A stretch of DNA of 64,000 nt from an uncultured Ulvibacter sp. (GTDB taxonomy: Bacteria; Bacteroidota; Bacteroidia; Flavobacteriales; Flavobacteriaceae). Position 1 is the first letter of the stretch, and the number at the start of each line of letters is the position of its first letter. A program made the position numbers and the translations under genes. Below are positions 10,478 through 19,813 of the stretch, in pieces. Under the pieces are notes generated by a model that was not told the origin of the DNA, ran no database searches, and saw only the letters and a program-made list of their open reading frames with translations. The stretch is taken from the NCBI GenBank assembly GCA_963974915.1, contig CAXBES010000014.1:49633-113632 (forward strand), in the 5' to 3' direction.

Positions 10478-11044
10478 ATGATGGAAAAAATAAGATGTCC
10501 GTGGTGTGGAAATGACCCATTATACATAAAATATCACGATACAGAATGGGGAGTTCCGGTTTATGATGACGACATCCTTTTCGAATTCTTAATCTTAGAA
10601 ACCTTTCAGGCCGGTTTGAGTTGGATCACTATTCTTAAAAAAAGAGACAACTTTAGGAAGGCGTTTAATAATTTTGACTTTCAGAAAATTGCCAATTACG
10701 ACGAGAAGAAAATTGAAGCGTTGTTAGAGGATTCTGGTATTATTAGAAATAAATTAAAAGTGAGATCTGCGGTTTCGAATGCGAAGGAGTATATAAAAAT
10801 TCGAGAAGAATTTGGGAGCTTCAGTAATTATTTCTGGAAATTTACTAACGGAAAACCTATAAAGAATTCGTTGCATTCTATGGATGATGCTCAGGCAACA
10901 AGCCCTTTAAGTGATGGTATTAGTAAAGATCTAAAGAAAAGAGGTTTTAAATTTGTGGGAAGTACAGTAATGTACGCGTATATGCAGGCTGTAGGTATGG
11001 TCAATGACCATCTCACAACTTGTTTTAGATATAATTTAGATTAG
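10478..11044 (+). CDS. tag: DNA-3-methyladenine glycosylase I
   Basis: CPWC…YHDTEWGVP N-terminal zinc motif and a length of about 190 aa. Confidence 0.88.
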   Translation: MMEKIRCPWCGNDPLYIKYHDTEWGVPVYDDDILFEFLILETFQAGLSWITILKKRDNFRKAFNNFDFQKIANYDEKKIEALLEDSGIIRNKLKVRSAVSNAKEYIKIREEFGSFSNYFWKFTNGKPIKNSLHSMDDAQATSPLSDGISKDLKKRGFKFVGSTVMYAYMQAVGMVNDHLTTCFRYNLD

Positions 11045-11397
11045 TTTTCTGCTGAACCACTAACAGATAAGTACTCATTCGGACTCACTTCAAGATCCAG
11101 CGCTTTCAAGGATTGCTTATAGCGATATTTAAGAGTAGCATCTGTTGGCTTTACCTCTTCAAATAATTTCTCATACCATTCTTTCGCCTTTCTGTAGTCA
11201 TTCTTGAAGTAATAGGCATTGGCTAGCCTTTCATATATAAATGGAGTTCCGTAACCTTCAACCACCACCTGTTCGTATACTTTAACTATATCCACACTGT
11301 GGTTAACGTCAATTTTTTTCTTTATTGAGTTTTGAGAATATGAGTCGATCGAGATAAATGCTAAAAGCACAAAAAAGACGAGGGAAAGCTTTTTCAT
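11041..11397 (-). CDS. hypothetical secreted TPR-like protein
   Basis: Signal peptide followed by a Tyr/Lys-rich helical repeat. Confidence 0.4.
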   Translation of the reverse strand: MKKLSLVFFVLLAFISIDSYSQNSIKKKIDVNHSVDIVKVYEQVVVEGYGTPFIYERLANAYYFKNDYRKAKEWYEKLFEEVKPTDATLKYRYKQSLKALDLEVSPNEYLSVSGSAEN

Positions 11398-11496
11398 TTT
11401 AAGGGATATTAAAATTTAGGAGATAAAAATAGGAAAAATCTTACAAATTACAAGATTTTTCCTACAAATAGTTCCTATTGTTAAGGTTTGTTGCCG

Positions 11497-11535
11497 TAAG
11501 AAACAAAAAAGACGGCAATTTTCAGCCGTCTTTTT
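11497..11535. terminator. bidirectional rho-independent terminator
   Basis: AAAAAAGACGGC-aattttca-GCCGTCTTTTTT. Confidence 0.6.
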
Positions 11536-11572
11536 TGTTAAATTTTTATGATTCCCTCAATAATAACGGGTC

Positions 11573-13327
11573 TTATCTAATAATTTTCTTATGAACCGTA
11601 CCAAACTCTCCACTGAACGTAACTAATAATGTTCCCGACCAGCTTTCATTTAAATCGAGTGTAATCACGCCGTTCCCATTTGTAAGACTCTCATTGTACA
11701 GTTGCTGTCCTAAGATATTATGAATAGAAATATCTATTGTACCATTGATGTTTGTTAGTCTAAATGATACTTTATCGGTCGCAGGATTTGGATATGGTGC
11801 CGAAATATTGTTTTCTGCATACTCGTTAATAGATAACAACCCTACGTCTATTGTCCAATATCCTTGAGGCGCAACGATTGGTCTTGCAATAGATTTACCC
11901 GAATTTGCTTCTGCCCAAATGTAATATTCAATATTAGTATTGGCAGTAGGCATGGTGATATTCGCTGTCCAGTTATCATCACTAACAAAGGTCATAGAAG
12001 TTTCGCTAAAATTAGTACTGCCTTCTTCTCTCCAAAATACTTTTGCGTTGCTAATGTCTGAGATATGTTTTATCATCGCGGTAATTTCCACAGTAGCACC
12101 CGGTGTAGATTCATCAACCGGTTGATGTACTATCCATAGAGGTTCATCAACTCCAATAGTATGGGTTATACAATGCAAAGCTCCCAGCTGAGAAATTAAA
12201 TTTTCTCCCGGATTGTCAACATCAATACCAACAATATTATATCCTGGCATCAATTCCTGATAATACGCTAGTGCCGGTGCATCTACTTCCGGTCTATAAG
12301 TAGGAACCATTATGGTTTTATTTACTATAACCGAATTACTAAACGTTCTATAATGTCCTCCGGTGTCCGGATAACTTCCCGAAGTACTTGGTGGCGCATC
12401 TATCCACTTTACATCGTAGGGTGTACCAAATGGAGACTGGAAATTGCTCAACACATAGTCGATGTTAGCTTCTATTTGTGGGCCATCTGCAACACCTTGA
12501 GGGTATTTGCTAACCAGTAAAGTTTCTTCATCCAGAAGTTTCATATGCATATCAATATGGTGAATCACATCGTATGGAAGCACATCCATTTTTATGTAAT
12601 TTTCAATTCCCATATACTCCTGCATGATCGCATCGATCTGTGCCTCGGTTTTTGGAGACACACCGTAAGGGTTTCCGGGCTCATTTTCATTTAAGATCAA
12701 ACTGGAGGCGAATGCATTTCCCAAACCGTCGCTCATATAATTCCCACCGGTATTCACCAAATCGTTTGTTCCGGTATTTGTAATGTAAATGGGTAGCCCT
12801 AATAACGAAGCATGTGCAGAAGGAATGGCATCATCATCGGGTCTTGGACGATTGTATATCCAATCAGTGATCGCTCTTTCACCAACATCATTCGAATAAA
12901 TGGTGTTTCCGGCGTAATCGCGAATCCAAATACTATTCCATGGAGCATCCATAAAAATGACATTGGTAAGATCTATACCTCCCGAAGTTAAATAATTTGA
13001 GACCGAAGTTTCATTTTCGGTCGTGATCACAACTTTACATTCGTTTACCCCTGCTGCGACAATCTGGCGTAAAATTCCTTGAAAATTAGGGTTCCAGGTT
13101 ACCACCAAATATTCAACTTCTTCCCACTCTGCAGCGGCTCGAACTGCTGTAGATGGTGGCGGCGTGATGCGATTACTCGTGAATTGAAAATCTGAAATTA
13201 AATCTTTTTCTGCTTCGGTTAATCCTTTTGGAAGATCGACCACTTCTTGAGCCATCATAAATGAAGCCTGAATAACGAGCAACAAAAGAAGAAGATACTT
13301 TGAATATTTTTGTGACATTTTATGCAA
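11573..13327 (-). CDS. Porphyromonas-type peptidylarginine/agmatine deiminase family protein with T9SS C-terminal sorting domain
   Basis: Signal peptide. Catalytic Cys context GALHCITH near the end of the deiminase domain. C-terminal about 80 aa resembles a Por secretion tail (YPNPATDKV…). Confidence 0.65.
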   Translation of the reverse strand: MHKMSQKYSKYLLLLLLVIQASFMMAQEVVDLPKGLTEAEKDLISDFQFTSNRITPPPSTAVRAAAEWEEVEYLVVTWNPNFQGILRQIVAAGVNECKVVITTENETSVSNYLTSGGIDLTNVIFMDAPWNSIWIRDYAGNTIYSNDVGERAITDWIYNRPRPDDDAIPSAHASLLGLPIYITNTGTNDLVNTGGNYMSDGLGNAFASSLILNENEPGNPYGVSPKTEAQIDAIMQEYMGIENYIKMDVLPYDVIHHIDMHMKLLDEETLLVSKYPQGVADGPQIEANIDYVLSNFQSPFGTPYDVKWIDAPPSTSGSYPDTGGHYRTFSNSVIVNKTIMVPTYRPEVDAPALAYYQELMPGYNIVGIDVDNPGENLISQLGALHCITHTIGVDEPLWIVHQPVDESTPGATVEITAMIKHISDISNAKVFWREEGSTNFSETSMTFVSDDNWTANITMPTANTNIEYYIWAEANSGKSIARPIVAPQGYWTIDVGLLSINEYAENNISAPYPNPATDKVSFRLTNINGTIDISIHNILGQQLYNESLTNGNGVITLDLNESWSGTLLVTFSGEFGTVHKKIIR

Positions 13328-13387
13328 TATAAGTTAAACCACGAAGATACTTATTTTTACATTGTTTATAATCAACCCCTTAAAAAC

Positions 13388-14029
13388 TTAACATTTTAAG
13401 TACGACAAGAACTCATTCCTTGAAATTTCTTCAGCTCCCAGGCTTTCGAGGTGATTTGTATATACCTGACAATCAATTAAGCTGTAATTTTGTGCTTTTA
13501 ATCTTTCAACCAAGTAGACAAAACCCACTTTAGAAGCGTTACTCACTTTAGCGAACATACTTTCACCGCAAAAAACTTTTTTTTCATGCAAATCGATGCC
13601 ATAGAGTCCTCCAACTAATCTTTCGTTTTCCCACACTTCAACAGACATTGCAAAACCCTTTTTGTGTAATTCTGTATAGGCTATTTGCATCTCGTCTGTG
13701 ATCCATGTACCTCTTTGTCCTTCTCTACTTATCGTAGCACAATTTTCTATTACTTCGGAAAAGCACTTATTAAAAGTTACCTGAAAGCGTTGTTGCCTGA
13801 TTATTCTCCTCAAACTTTTAGATATCTTTAATTTCTTCGGAAACAAAACCATTCTCGGATCCGGACACCACCATAAAATAGGTTGGTCATGATCGAACCA
13901 CGGAAAGATCCCCGAATTATAAGCAAGTAAAAGTCTTTCGGCAGACAAATCACCTCCTATCGCAATTATCCCTTCTTCTGAAGCTTCAGAAGGATTTGGA
14001 AACCATAATTTCTGGGACAAGAAATGCAT
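13388..14029 (-). CDS. aat: leucyl/phenylalanyl-tRNA--protein transferase
   Basis: 213 aa with typical Aat motifs (ILWWCPDPRMVLFP…GESMF). Confidence 0.88.
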   Translation of the reverse strand: MHFLSQKLWFPNPSEASEEGIIAIGGDLSAERLLLAYNSGIFPWFDHDQPILWWCPDPRMVLFPKKLKISKSLRRIIRQQRFQVTFNKCFSEVIENCATISREGQRGTWITDEMQIAYTELHKKGFAMSVEVWENERLVGGLYGIDLHEKKVFCGESMFAKVSNASKVGFVYLVERLKAQNYSLIDCQVYTNHLESLGAEEISRNEFLSYLKC

Positions 14030-14074
14030 ATTTAATTATCAAGTTTTATCGCTAGTATCGAATTTCCGAAGTGG

Positions 14075-15481
14075 TCATAAAAAATACAGACCGGTTAGAT
14101 AAACTACTACTCCAATTAACATCACCAGAATCGTATAGGGTAAGATCTCTTTCGCTTTTAATTTGGTGATTCCCAACAAGGGCAGAGCCCAAAAGGGTTG
14201 CAACATATTGGTAACCTGATCTCCGTATGCCAAAGCCATAATTGCTTTCGGTAACGGAACACCCAATTTTAGGGCAGATTCTATTACTATCGGACCTTGA
14301 ATTGCCCATTGACCACCTCCACTTGGTACAAAGATATTAACCAACCCGGCACTAAAAAAAGTGAAAATCGGGAGCGTTTGTGTAGTAGCAATAGAGACGA
14401 AAAAATCTGAAACCTGCACTACAAGACCACTTTCGCGCATAATCCCCATAATTCCGAAGTACAACGGAAACTGAATTAGAATTCCACTGGCTCCTTTAAT
14501 AGCTTCCTCTACCGCATTCAGAAAACTGGAAAAGCTACCGTGCAAAATGAGCGCTAAACCTAGCATAAAGAAATTGAGCAAATTTGGAGTGATAGCCAAA
14601 CTTTCTAAATTCTGGAAATATTGATAAAAGAAGGCGATGAGAATTAAAACTCCAAATCCAATTCCAAACACCTTCGAATTGTCAAGGCGTTCGGCACCTT
14701 TCAACTTGTTCGCTTCAAAAGTTTCACTGTGATAAATAGGTAAATTTGTTGGGGTCGCTTTAGCATTTCTTCCTAAAAAGTATAAAAACAGGGGAATGAT
14801 CAGTAATAAAATTCCGAAGTGCAACAGATTAAAACCGCTAAATATTGTATCGCTAAAGGGAATTAAATTTGGAAGAGTACTTGACATATTTACATCCCCA
14901 ATACCGGTCATTAAACTTGCCAAATGTCCGTTTTCGGCAACCTTTAAGGGCGCCGAACCACTAATTCCGCCATGCCACACCATAAAGCCAACATATCCTG
15001 AAGCACCTACCAGAGGATAGTTAATATCGAAATTACGTATTTGCGAAGCTTCCGCTACTTTTCTGGCGATAATAGCTCCAAAAATAAGTCCTAAGCCCCA
15101 ATTAAAAAAAGACACGATCATTGTAGTGCTACTTACTAACATTACTGCATTTGAAGTATTACTCACCAAGTTTGTGAGCTTTACAATTAGGGAGTTCATT
15201 GGTTTGCTTAGCACTAAAATGTGTCCCAGTACTAATATTAGCATCATTTGATACGCAAATACCAATAACGCATTGTTCCAAATTCCGCTTTCCCAAAATG
15301 ATAAAATTGCCAGAAAATGGTTTTCGTTCTTTGGCGCATCGGTTAAAAAAAGTGCCAAAAGCATCGTGACAACCGTTAAAATTATAGCGATCGCAAAAGG
15401 TGAAGGTAAATATCGCTTAAAGATGGTTTCGATGGTTGAAGTGATGTTCATAGGGTAAAAATAAGAAAAGCTTAATGACAC
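14075..15481 (-). CDS. atoE: short-chain fatty acid transporter AtoE family
   Basis: Strong similarity to AtoE over the full length (…VPSGGGQWAIQGP…ALAYGDQVTNMLQPFWALP…). Confidence 0.85.
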   Translation of the reverse strand: MSLSFSYFYPMNITSTIETIFKRYLPSPFAIAIILTVVTMLLALFLTDAPKNENHFLAILSFWESGIWNNALLVFAYQMMLILVLGHILVLSKPMNSLIVKLTNLVSNTSNAVMLVSSTTMIVSFFNWGLGLIFGAIIARKVAEASQIRNFDINYPLVGASGYVGFMVWHGGISGSAPLKVAENGHLASLMTGIGDVNMSSTLPNLIPFSDTIFSGFNLLHFGILLLIIPLFLYFLGRNAKATPTNLPIYHSETFEANKLKGAERLDNSKVFGIGFGVLILIAFFYQYFQNLESLAITPNLLNFFMLGLALILHGSFSSFLNAVEEAIKGASGILIQFPLYFGIMGIMRESGLVVQVSDFFVSIATTQTLPIFTFFSAGLVNIFVPSGGGQWAIQGPIVIESALKLGVPLPKAIMALAYGDQVTNMLQPFWALPLLGITKLKAKEILPYTILVMLIGVVVYLTGLYFL

Positions 15482-15550
15482 ATATCAAAAATGTGAAATT
15501 AAGCTTTAATTTATTGAGTGTTCGAATTACCTCAACAACACTTTTATCTT

Positions 15551-15885
15551 AGTTCGATTACGCAGATCAAAGATTTGCTATCTCGCAAAGACTTCCTGGG
15601 ACCCCGACGCTAGAGGTCGGGATTAGTTCGATTACGCAAATCAAAGATTTGCTATCCTGTGATGACTTCCTAAGACCCCGACGCTAAAGGTCGGGATTAG
15701 TTCGATTACGCAAATCAAAGATTTGCCATCTCACAAAGACTTCCTGAGACCCCGACGCTAAAGGTCGGGATTAGTTCGATTACGCAAATCAAAGATTTGC
15801 TATCCCGCAAAAACTTCCTGAGACCCCGACGCTAAAGGCCGGGATTAGTTCGATTACGCAAATCAAAGATTTGCTATCTCACTAA
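15551..15885. repeat. 74-bp tandem repeat array, about 4.5 copies, two conserved hairpins per unit
   Basis: Copies start at 15551, 15625, 15699, 15773 and 15847 (the last is partial). Each carries GCAAATC-aaa-GATTTGC and CCCGAC-gctaaag-GTCGGG hairpins separated by a 20-nt variable segment. Confidence 0.9.
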
Positions 15886-16260
15886 CTAAAAAGGGAGGTC
15901 GTCGTGATCTTCTTCGTTTAGATCATTTACAGGTTCAAAAGCATCTTCAGGAGGCATTGGAGGCATATTATTAGATACAGATTGATCAATATTTTCAATT
16001 CTCCAACCGGTTATAGAATTAAAATACTTCGTTTCACCCTGTGGATTAACCCATTCTCTACCGCGTAGATTGATACTAACTTTTACATTTTGTCCAACTT
16101 GATACGTATTTAACAGGTCGGTTTTATCCTGTACAAATTCTACTAAAATATGTTGTGGATATTGCTCTTCGGTAGTAATTACCATCTCTCTCTTTCTAAA
16201 ACCATTGTTTCCATAGGTCTTAGTTTCATCGATCATTTTTATTTTTCCTTGAATTTCCAT
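15886..16260 (-). CDS. DUF3127-like protein; SSB-like OB fold with SSB C-terminal tail
   Basis: 124 aa. The core resembles an SSB OB fold (…LRGREWVNPQGETKYFNSITGWRIE…). Acidic C-terminus ending DHDDLPF, compare ssb at 39484 ending DDDDLPF. Confidence 0.6.
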   Translation of the reverse strand: MEIQGKIKMIDETKTYGNNGFRKREMVITTEEQYPQHILVEFVQDKTDLLNTYQVGQNVKVSINLRGREWVNPQGETKYFNSITGWRIENIDQSVSNNMPPMPPEDAFEPVNDLNEEDHDDLPF

Positions 16261-16281
16261 GTTCCTATTATCTATAATTAA

Positions 16282-17109
16282 TTATTCCTTTATTAACATG
16301 CTCCAGGCTTCGCCTATCTTTCCATCACAGAGCATTTGTTGTGCTTTTTTATGAATTTCTTCGGAAGGGTTTACATATCCATTAAACTCTTTAGGAAATT
16401 GCTCAATATTTGCGAGCATCCCCAGATCATTACCTGTTAGAACTTTACTATTCCGAAGTACTGCAGGTAGCATATCAACTCCAATTCCTAGGGTGGACAG
16501 TGGTTTAGGCACTTCAAACATCCCTTCCTTTGATCTATTGTACCAATTTCCACCCATACGAGCAACGGTATCGATCTTTACAGGATCTATTTTACCCTCA
16601 GTATCTAAAATAGATTCGTCTAAATGTAATTTTACAACTTCACAAATTATAAGATTCCCGGCGCCACCTTCATCTCCCAGAGAAACAACCTCATTTATTT
16701 TGCATTCAAACTGAACCGACGCTTCTGCCACACGTGGTGGTTTTACCACTTCTGAAGCAATTTCGGTAAAACCGGCTTTCTTAAATTCATTGACTCCTTT
16801 CGCATACTCTGTAGAAGACAAAGACATTTGTTGAACCATTGCATAATTAACAATGTTGATCACAACTTCTTTGATTTCCAACGCATTTTCAAGCGTGTGT
16901 TTTGTTGTATTATCCCGAACTCTTCTCGCCGGAGAAAAAATAAGGATGGGCGGATTAGCACTAAAAACATTAAAAAAACTAAATGGCGATAAATTTACAT
17001 TCCCTTTGCCGTCTATCGTGCTTGCAAAAGCTATGGGACGAGGCGCAACAGCCCCAAGGAGATACCCATGTAATTTACCCGTACTTATGTCCTGTGGATT
17101 AATTGAAAT
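16282..17109 (-). CDS. flavin reductase-like FMN-binding domain protein
   Basis: Flavin_Reduct-like N-terminal region (…LGAVAPRPIAFASTIDGKGNVNLSPFSFFN…). The start at MISINP is preferred over the upstream ATG. Confidence 0.65.
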   Translation of the reverse strand: MSINPQDISTGKLHGYLLGAVAPRPIAFASTIDGKGNVNLSPFSFFNVFSANPPILIFSPARRVRDNTTKHTLENALEIKEVVINIVNYAMVQQMSLSSTEYAKGVNEFKKAGFTEIASEVVKPPRVAEASVQFECKINEVVSLGDEGGAGNLIICEVVKLHLDESILDTEGKIDPVKIDTVARMGGNWYNRSKEGMFEVPKPLSTLGIGVDMLPAVLRNSKVLTGNDLGMLANIEQFPKEFNGYVNPSEEIHKKAQQMLCDGKIGEAWSMLIKE

Positions 17110-17269
17110 CATTACTTGCAAATGTACCCAAACTACAAACGTTCTAAAAATTTGATTGCACAATAATATTAACATATTTCCATTATATTTATCGGATTGG
17201 TTATGGCCTTCTGTTTATAATTATCTAATTGTCGGGATGCCTCTAAACTGCTTGTCTTAATAAAAATCT

Positions 17270-18427
17270 ATGCTCAATAAAACTGCTTTAACGCGCTGGT
17301 TATTTATAATTGTTTCTATAATAATTGTTAGCTTGATTTTATGGAACACCTATGTGTTCTTTAATCAGTTAAAAGAGAATGAGCGCAGTAAAATGCAACT
17401 CTGGGCGACTGCACAAACCGAATTTCAAAAGGAAGACCTCAATGAGGGTAATGAGATCGTGCTTCAGGTGCTTCAAAGTAACACGACTACACCAATGATG
17501 GTGTATAGCTATAACGAAGACAGGTATGATGCCAGAAATATTCCCGAAAACCAATGGAACACACCAGAGAAAATTGAGAAGCTCATCTTAAAATTCTCTT
17601 CAGAATACAAACCAATTGACGTATCGTATAAAGATGAGGTCTTACAAACCATTTATTATGGAAATTCGCCCATTATCAACAAACTGAAATATTATCCCGC
17701 TGTTCTCATTCTAATTCTGTTTTTATTCATAACGGCTATATATTTCTTCAACAAAACGGCAAAATCTGCCGAACAAAACAGACTTTGGGCAGGAATGGCA
17801 AAGGAAACAGCCCATCAAATTGGTACTCCCCTTTCATCACTTGTAGGTTGGACCGAAATATTAAAAAGTGAGAACGTCAATGCCGAGTATCTTACCGAAA
17901 TGGAGAAAGACATAGACAGACTGGAAATGATCACCAATAGATTCTCTAAAATTGGATCTGTACCTACATTAAAAAGAAAAAATATCGTCGAGGAAACCCA
18001 AACTTCATTTGAATATTTAAAAAAGCGTAGCTCTAAATTGATCGATTTTGAAATTGATCTCCCTGAAAAACCTCTATATGTTGCGCTAAATTCGCAACTC
18101 TATAGTTGGACCATCGAAAATTTAGTTAAGAATGGTATCGACGCAATGAAGGGCAAAGGAACTATTCGTATTTCCTTAGAGCATACCAATAAGCATGCAT
18201 TGATCCAGATAAGCGATACCGGTAAAGGAATTTCCAAAAGAAACCATAAAAAGGTATTTACCCCGGGCTTTACCACCAAAAAAAGGGGCTGGGGACTTGG
18301 TCTTTCTCTGGTAAAACGAATTATAGAAGAATACCATAATGGTAGGATACGCGTTTTAAAAAGTAGTCCCGACAATGGCACAACAATGGAGATCGCATTA
18401 AAATTGTCTAAACTTCAGGAATCATGA
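17270..18427 (+). CDS. two-component sensor histidine kinase
   Basis: Two TMs flanking a periplasmic domain. H-box (HQIGTPLSSL) and HATPase_c N/G boxes (…DTGKGIS…GWGLGLSLVK). Confidence 0.85.
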   Translation: MLNKTALTRWLFIIVSIIIVSLILWNTYVFFNQLKENERSKMQLWATAQTEFQKEDLNEGNEIVLQVLQSNTTTPMMVYSYNEDRYDARNIPENQWNTPEKIEKLILKFSSEYKPIDVSYKDEVLQTIYYGNSPIINKLKYYPAVLILILFLFITAIYFFNKTAKSAEQNRLWAGMAKETAHQIGTPLSSLVGWTEILKSENVNAEYLTEMEKDIDRLEMITNRFSKIGSVPTLKRKNIVEETQTSFEYLKKRSSKLIDFEIDLPEKPLYVALNSQLYSWTIENLVKNGIDAMKGKGTIRISLEHTNKHALIQISDTGKGISKRNHKKVFTPGFTTKKRGWGLGLSLVKRIIEEYHNGRIRVLKSSPDNGTTMEIALKLSKLQES

Positions 18428-18762
18428 CGGAACACGTTTTACATATAGCAAAATTGAATAATAACTGTCCCGTATGTTACACTACAGATGGGTTAGAGAT
18501 ATCTTTTACTCAAAATGAAAAGGAAACGCGGTTTTATAATAAAGCCGACAAGGTAGTTTCTGAAACCATTTATTGTCATACTTGTAAAAATGTGATCTAC
18601 CCGGTAGACTGGAACTCAGACATTGAACGAATATACGATTACCATAAAAAACAGGTGACTCCTATAAATTCGATGTTTAAACCAAAACCGATCCTGTACC
18701 TGTCTATCCTAATTGTAGTCATTATCTTGGCAGGATTAGTTTATATTTTGGGAGCTTCTTAG
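18424..18762 (+). CDS. small zinc-ribbon membrane protein
   Basis: CPVC…CHTC pairs plus a C-terminal TM. Overlaps the kinase stop codon by 4 nt. Confidence 0.45.
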   Translation: MTEHVLHIAKLNNNCPVCYTTDGLEISFTQNEKETRFYNKADKVVSETIYCHTCKNVIYPVDWNSDIERIYDYHKKQVTPINSMFKPKPILYLSILIVVIILAGLVYILGAS

Positions 18763-19151
18763 ATAAAATTCTTCTGAATTTCCTCTGCAAGGGCGATAAA
18801 CTCTTCCGAAGTCATAGAAATCTTATGGTTAAAGGTCATTTCTTTCATCTCGTTCAACGGAATTAGATGCACGTGAACATGAGGAACTTCTAAACCAATA
18901 ACAGACATCCCTATGCGTTTACAAGAAATTGTTCGTTTTAGTGCTTTTGCAACCCTTCTCGAAAATTGCATTAATTCCAGATAGGTATCCTCATCCAGAT
19001 CAAAGATCTTATCCACTTCCTTCTTAGGCACACATAAAGTATGACCCTTTGCATTTGGATTGATATCTAACAATGCAATAAAATTATCATCCTCAGCTAC
19101 CTTATAACTTGGAAGTTCTCCTGTAATGATCTTTGTAAAGATGGAAGCCAT
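18759..19151 (-). CDS. HIT family protein
   Basis: Histidine triad HVHVHLIP. Confidence 0.88.
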   Translation of the reverse strand: MASIFTKIITGELPSYKVAEDDNFIALLDINPNAKGHTLCVPKKEVDKIFDLDEDTYLELMQFSRRVAKALKRTISCKRIGMSVIGLEVPHVHVHLIPLNEMKEMTFNHKISMTSEEFIALAEEIQKNFI

Positions 19152-19156
19152 AATGT

Positions 19157-19633
19157 TTAGTCTCTTGAGATTTCTATAATTTCAAATTTCATTACCCCAT
19201 TTGGCACTTGAATTTCGGCAATATCACCCACTTGCTTTCCTAATAATCCTTTTCCAATGGGAGAATCAACAGATATTTTACCCGTTTTAAGATCTGCTTC
19301 ACTTTGCGCTACCAACTTATAGCTCATTTCCATTCCGTTGGTCTGGTTCTTGATCTTTACATTAGAGTGCACTAAGACTTTAGAGGTATCTAACACAGAC
19401 TCATCTATTAAACGTGCATTGGCATAGGTTTCTTCCAATTTTGAAATTCGCATTTCTAACATCCCCTGAGCCTCTTTAGCGGCATCATATTCGGCATTTT
19501 CACTTAAATCACCTTTATCTCGAGCTTCGGCAATAGCCTTGGAAGCATTAGGGCGTTCTACATCCTTTAAATGATTAAGCTCATCCCTTAATTTTTTTAA
19601 ACCTTCGGCAGTGTAATAAGATACTTTACTCAT
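19157..19633 (-). CDS. greA: transcription elongation factor GreA
   Basis: 158 aa with a GreA N-terminal coiled coil and a C-terminal FKBP-like domain. Confidence 0.9.
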   Translation of the reverse strand: MSKVSYYTAEGLKKLRDELNHLKDVERPNASKAIAEARDKGDLSENAEYDAAKEAQGMLEMRISKLEETYANARLIDESVLDTSKVLVHSNVKIKNQTNGMEMSYKLVAQSEADLKTGKISVDSPIGKGLLGKQVGDIAEIQVPNGVMKFEIIEISRD

Positions 19634-19813
19634 AACTTCATCGTTTTAATCTAAACTGATATATACTCATATCGAAAAGTATATATACTAAGATTCCCGC
19701 CTTTTTTTCCCAAACAATGTGTTGAGGGGCAGGAATAGAAAAATCCCATACACGACGGGATTTTGTTATACAAATATACTAAAAAATAAGTTCACAAGTA
19801 TTTTATCGTACTT

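Noticed and set aside
14052-14309. 85-aa minus-strand ORF overlapping the 3' end of atoE
   Set aside because: It is an alternate frame of the atoE C-terminus with no independent support.
15551-15885. Tandem array considered as a CRISPR locus
   Set aside because: The unit is 74 bp and the inter-stem segments are near-identical variants of one another rather than unique spacers. No cas genes are nearby.
16282-17175. Longer start (17175) for the flavin reductase gene
   Set aside because: The conserved domain begins at MISINP (17109). The upstream 22 codons are probably leader.
19741-19770. AAATCCC-atacacgac-GGGATTT hairpin in the greA/lipoprotein divergent promoter
   Set aside because: It could be an operator or attenuator, but it is a single weak stem with no repeats or partners. 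Insufficient evidence.
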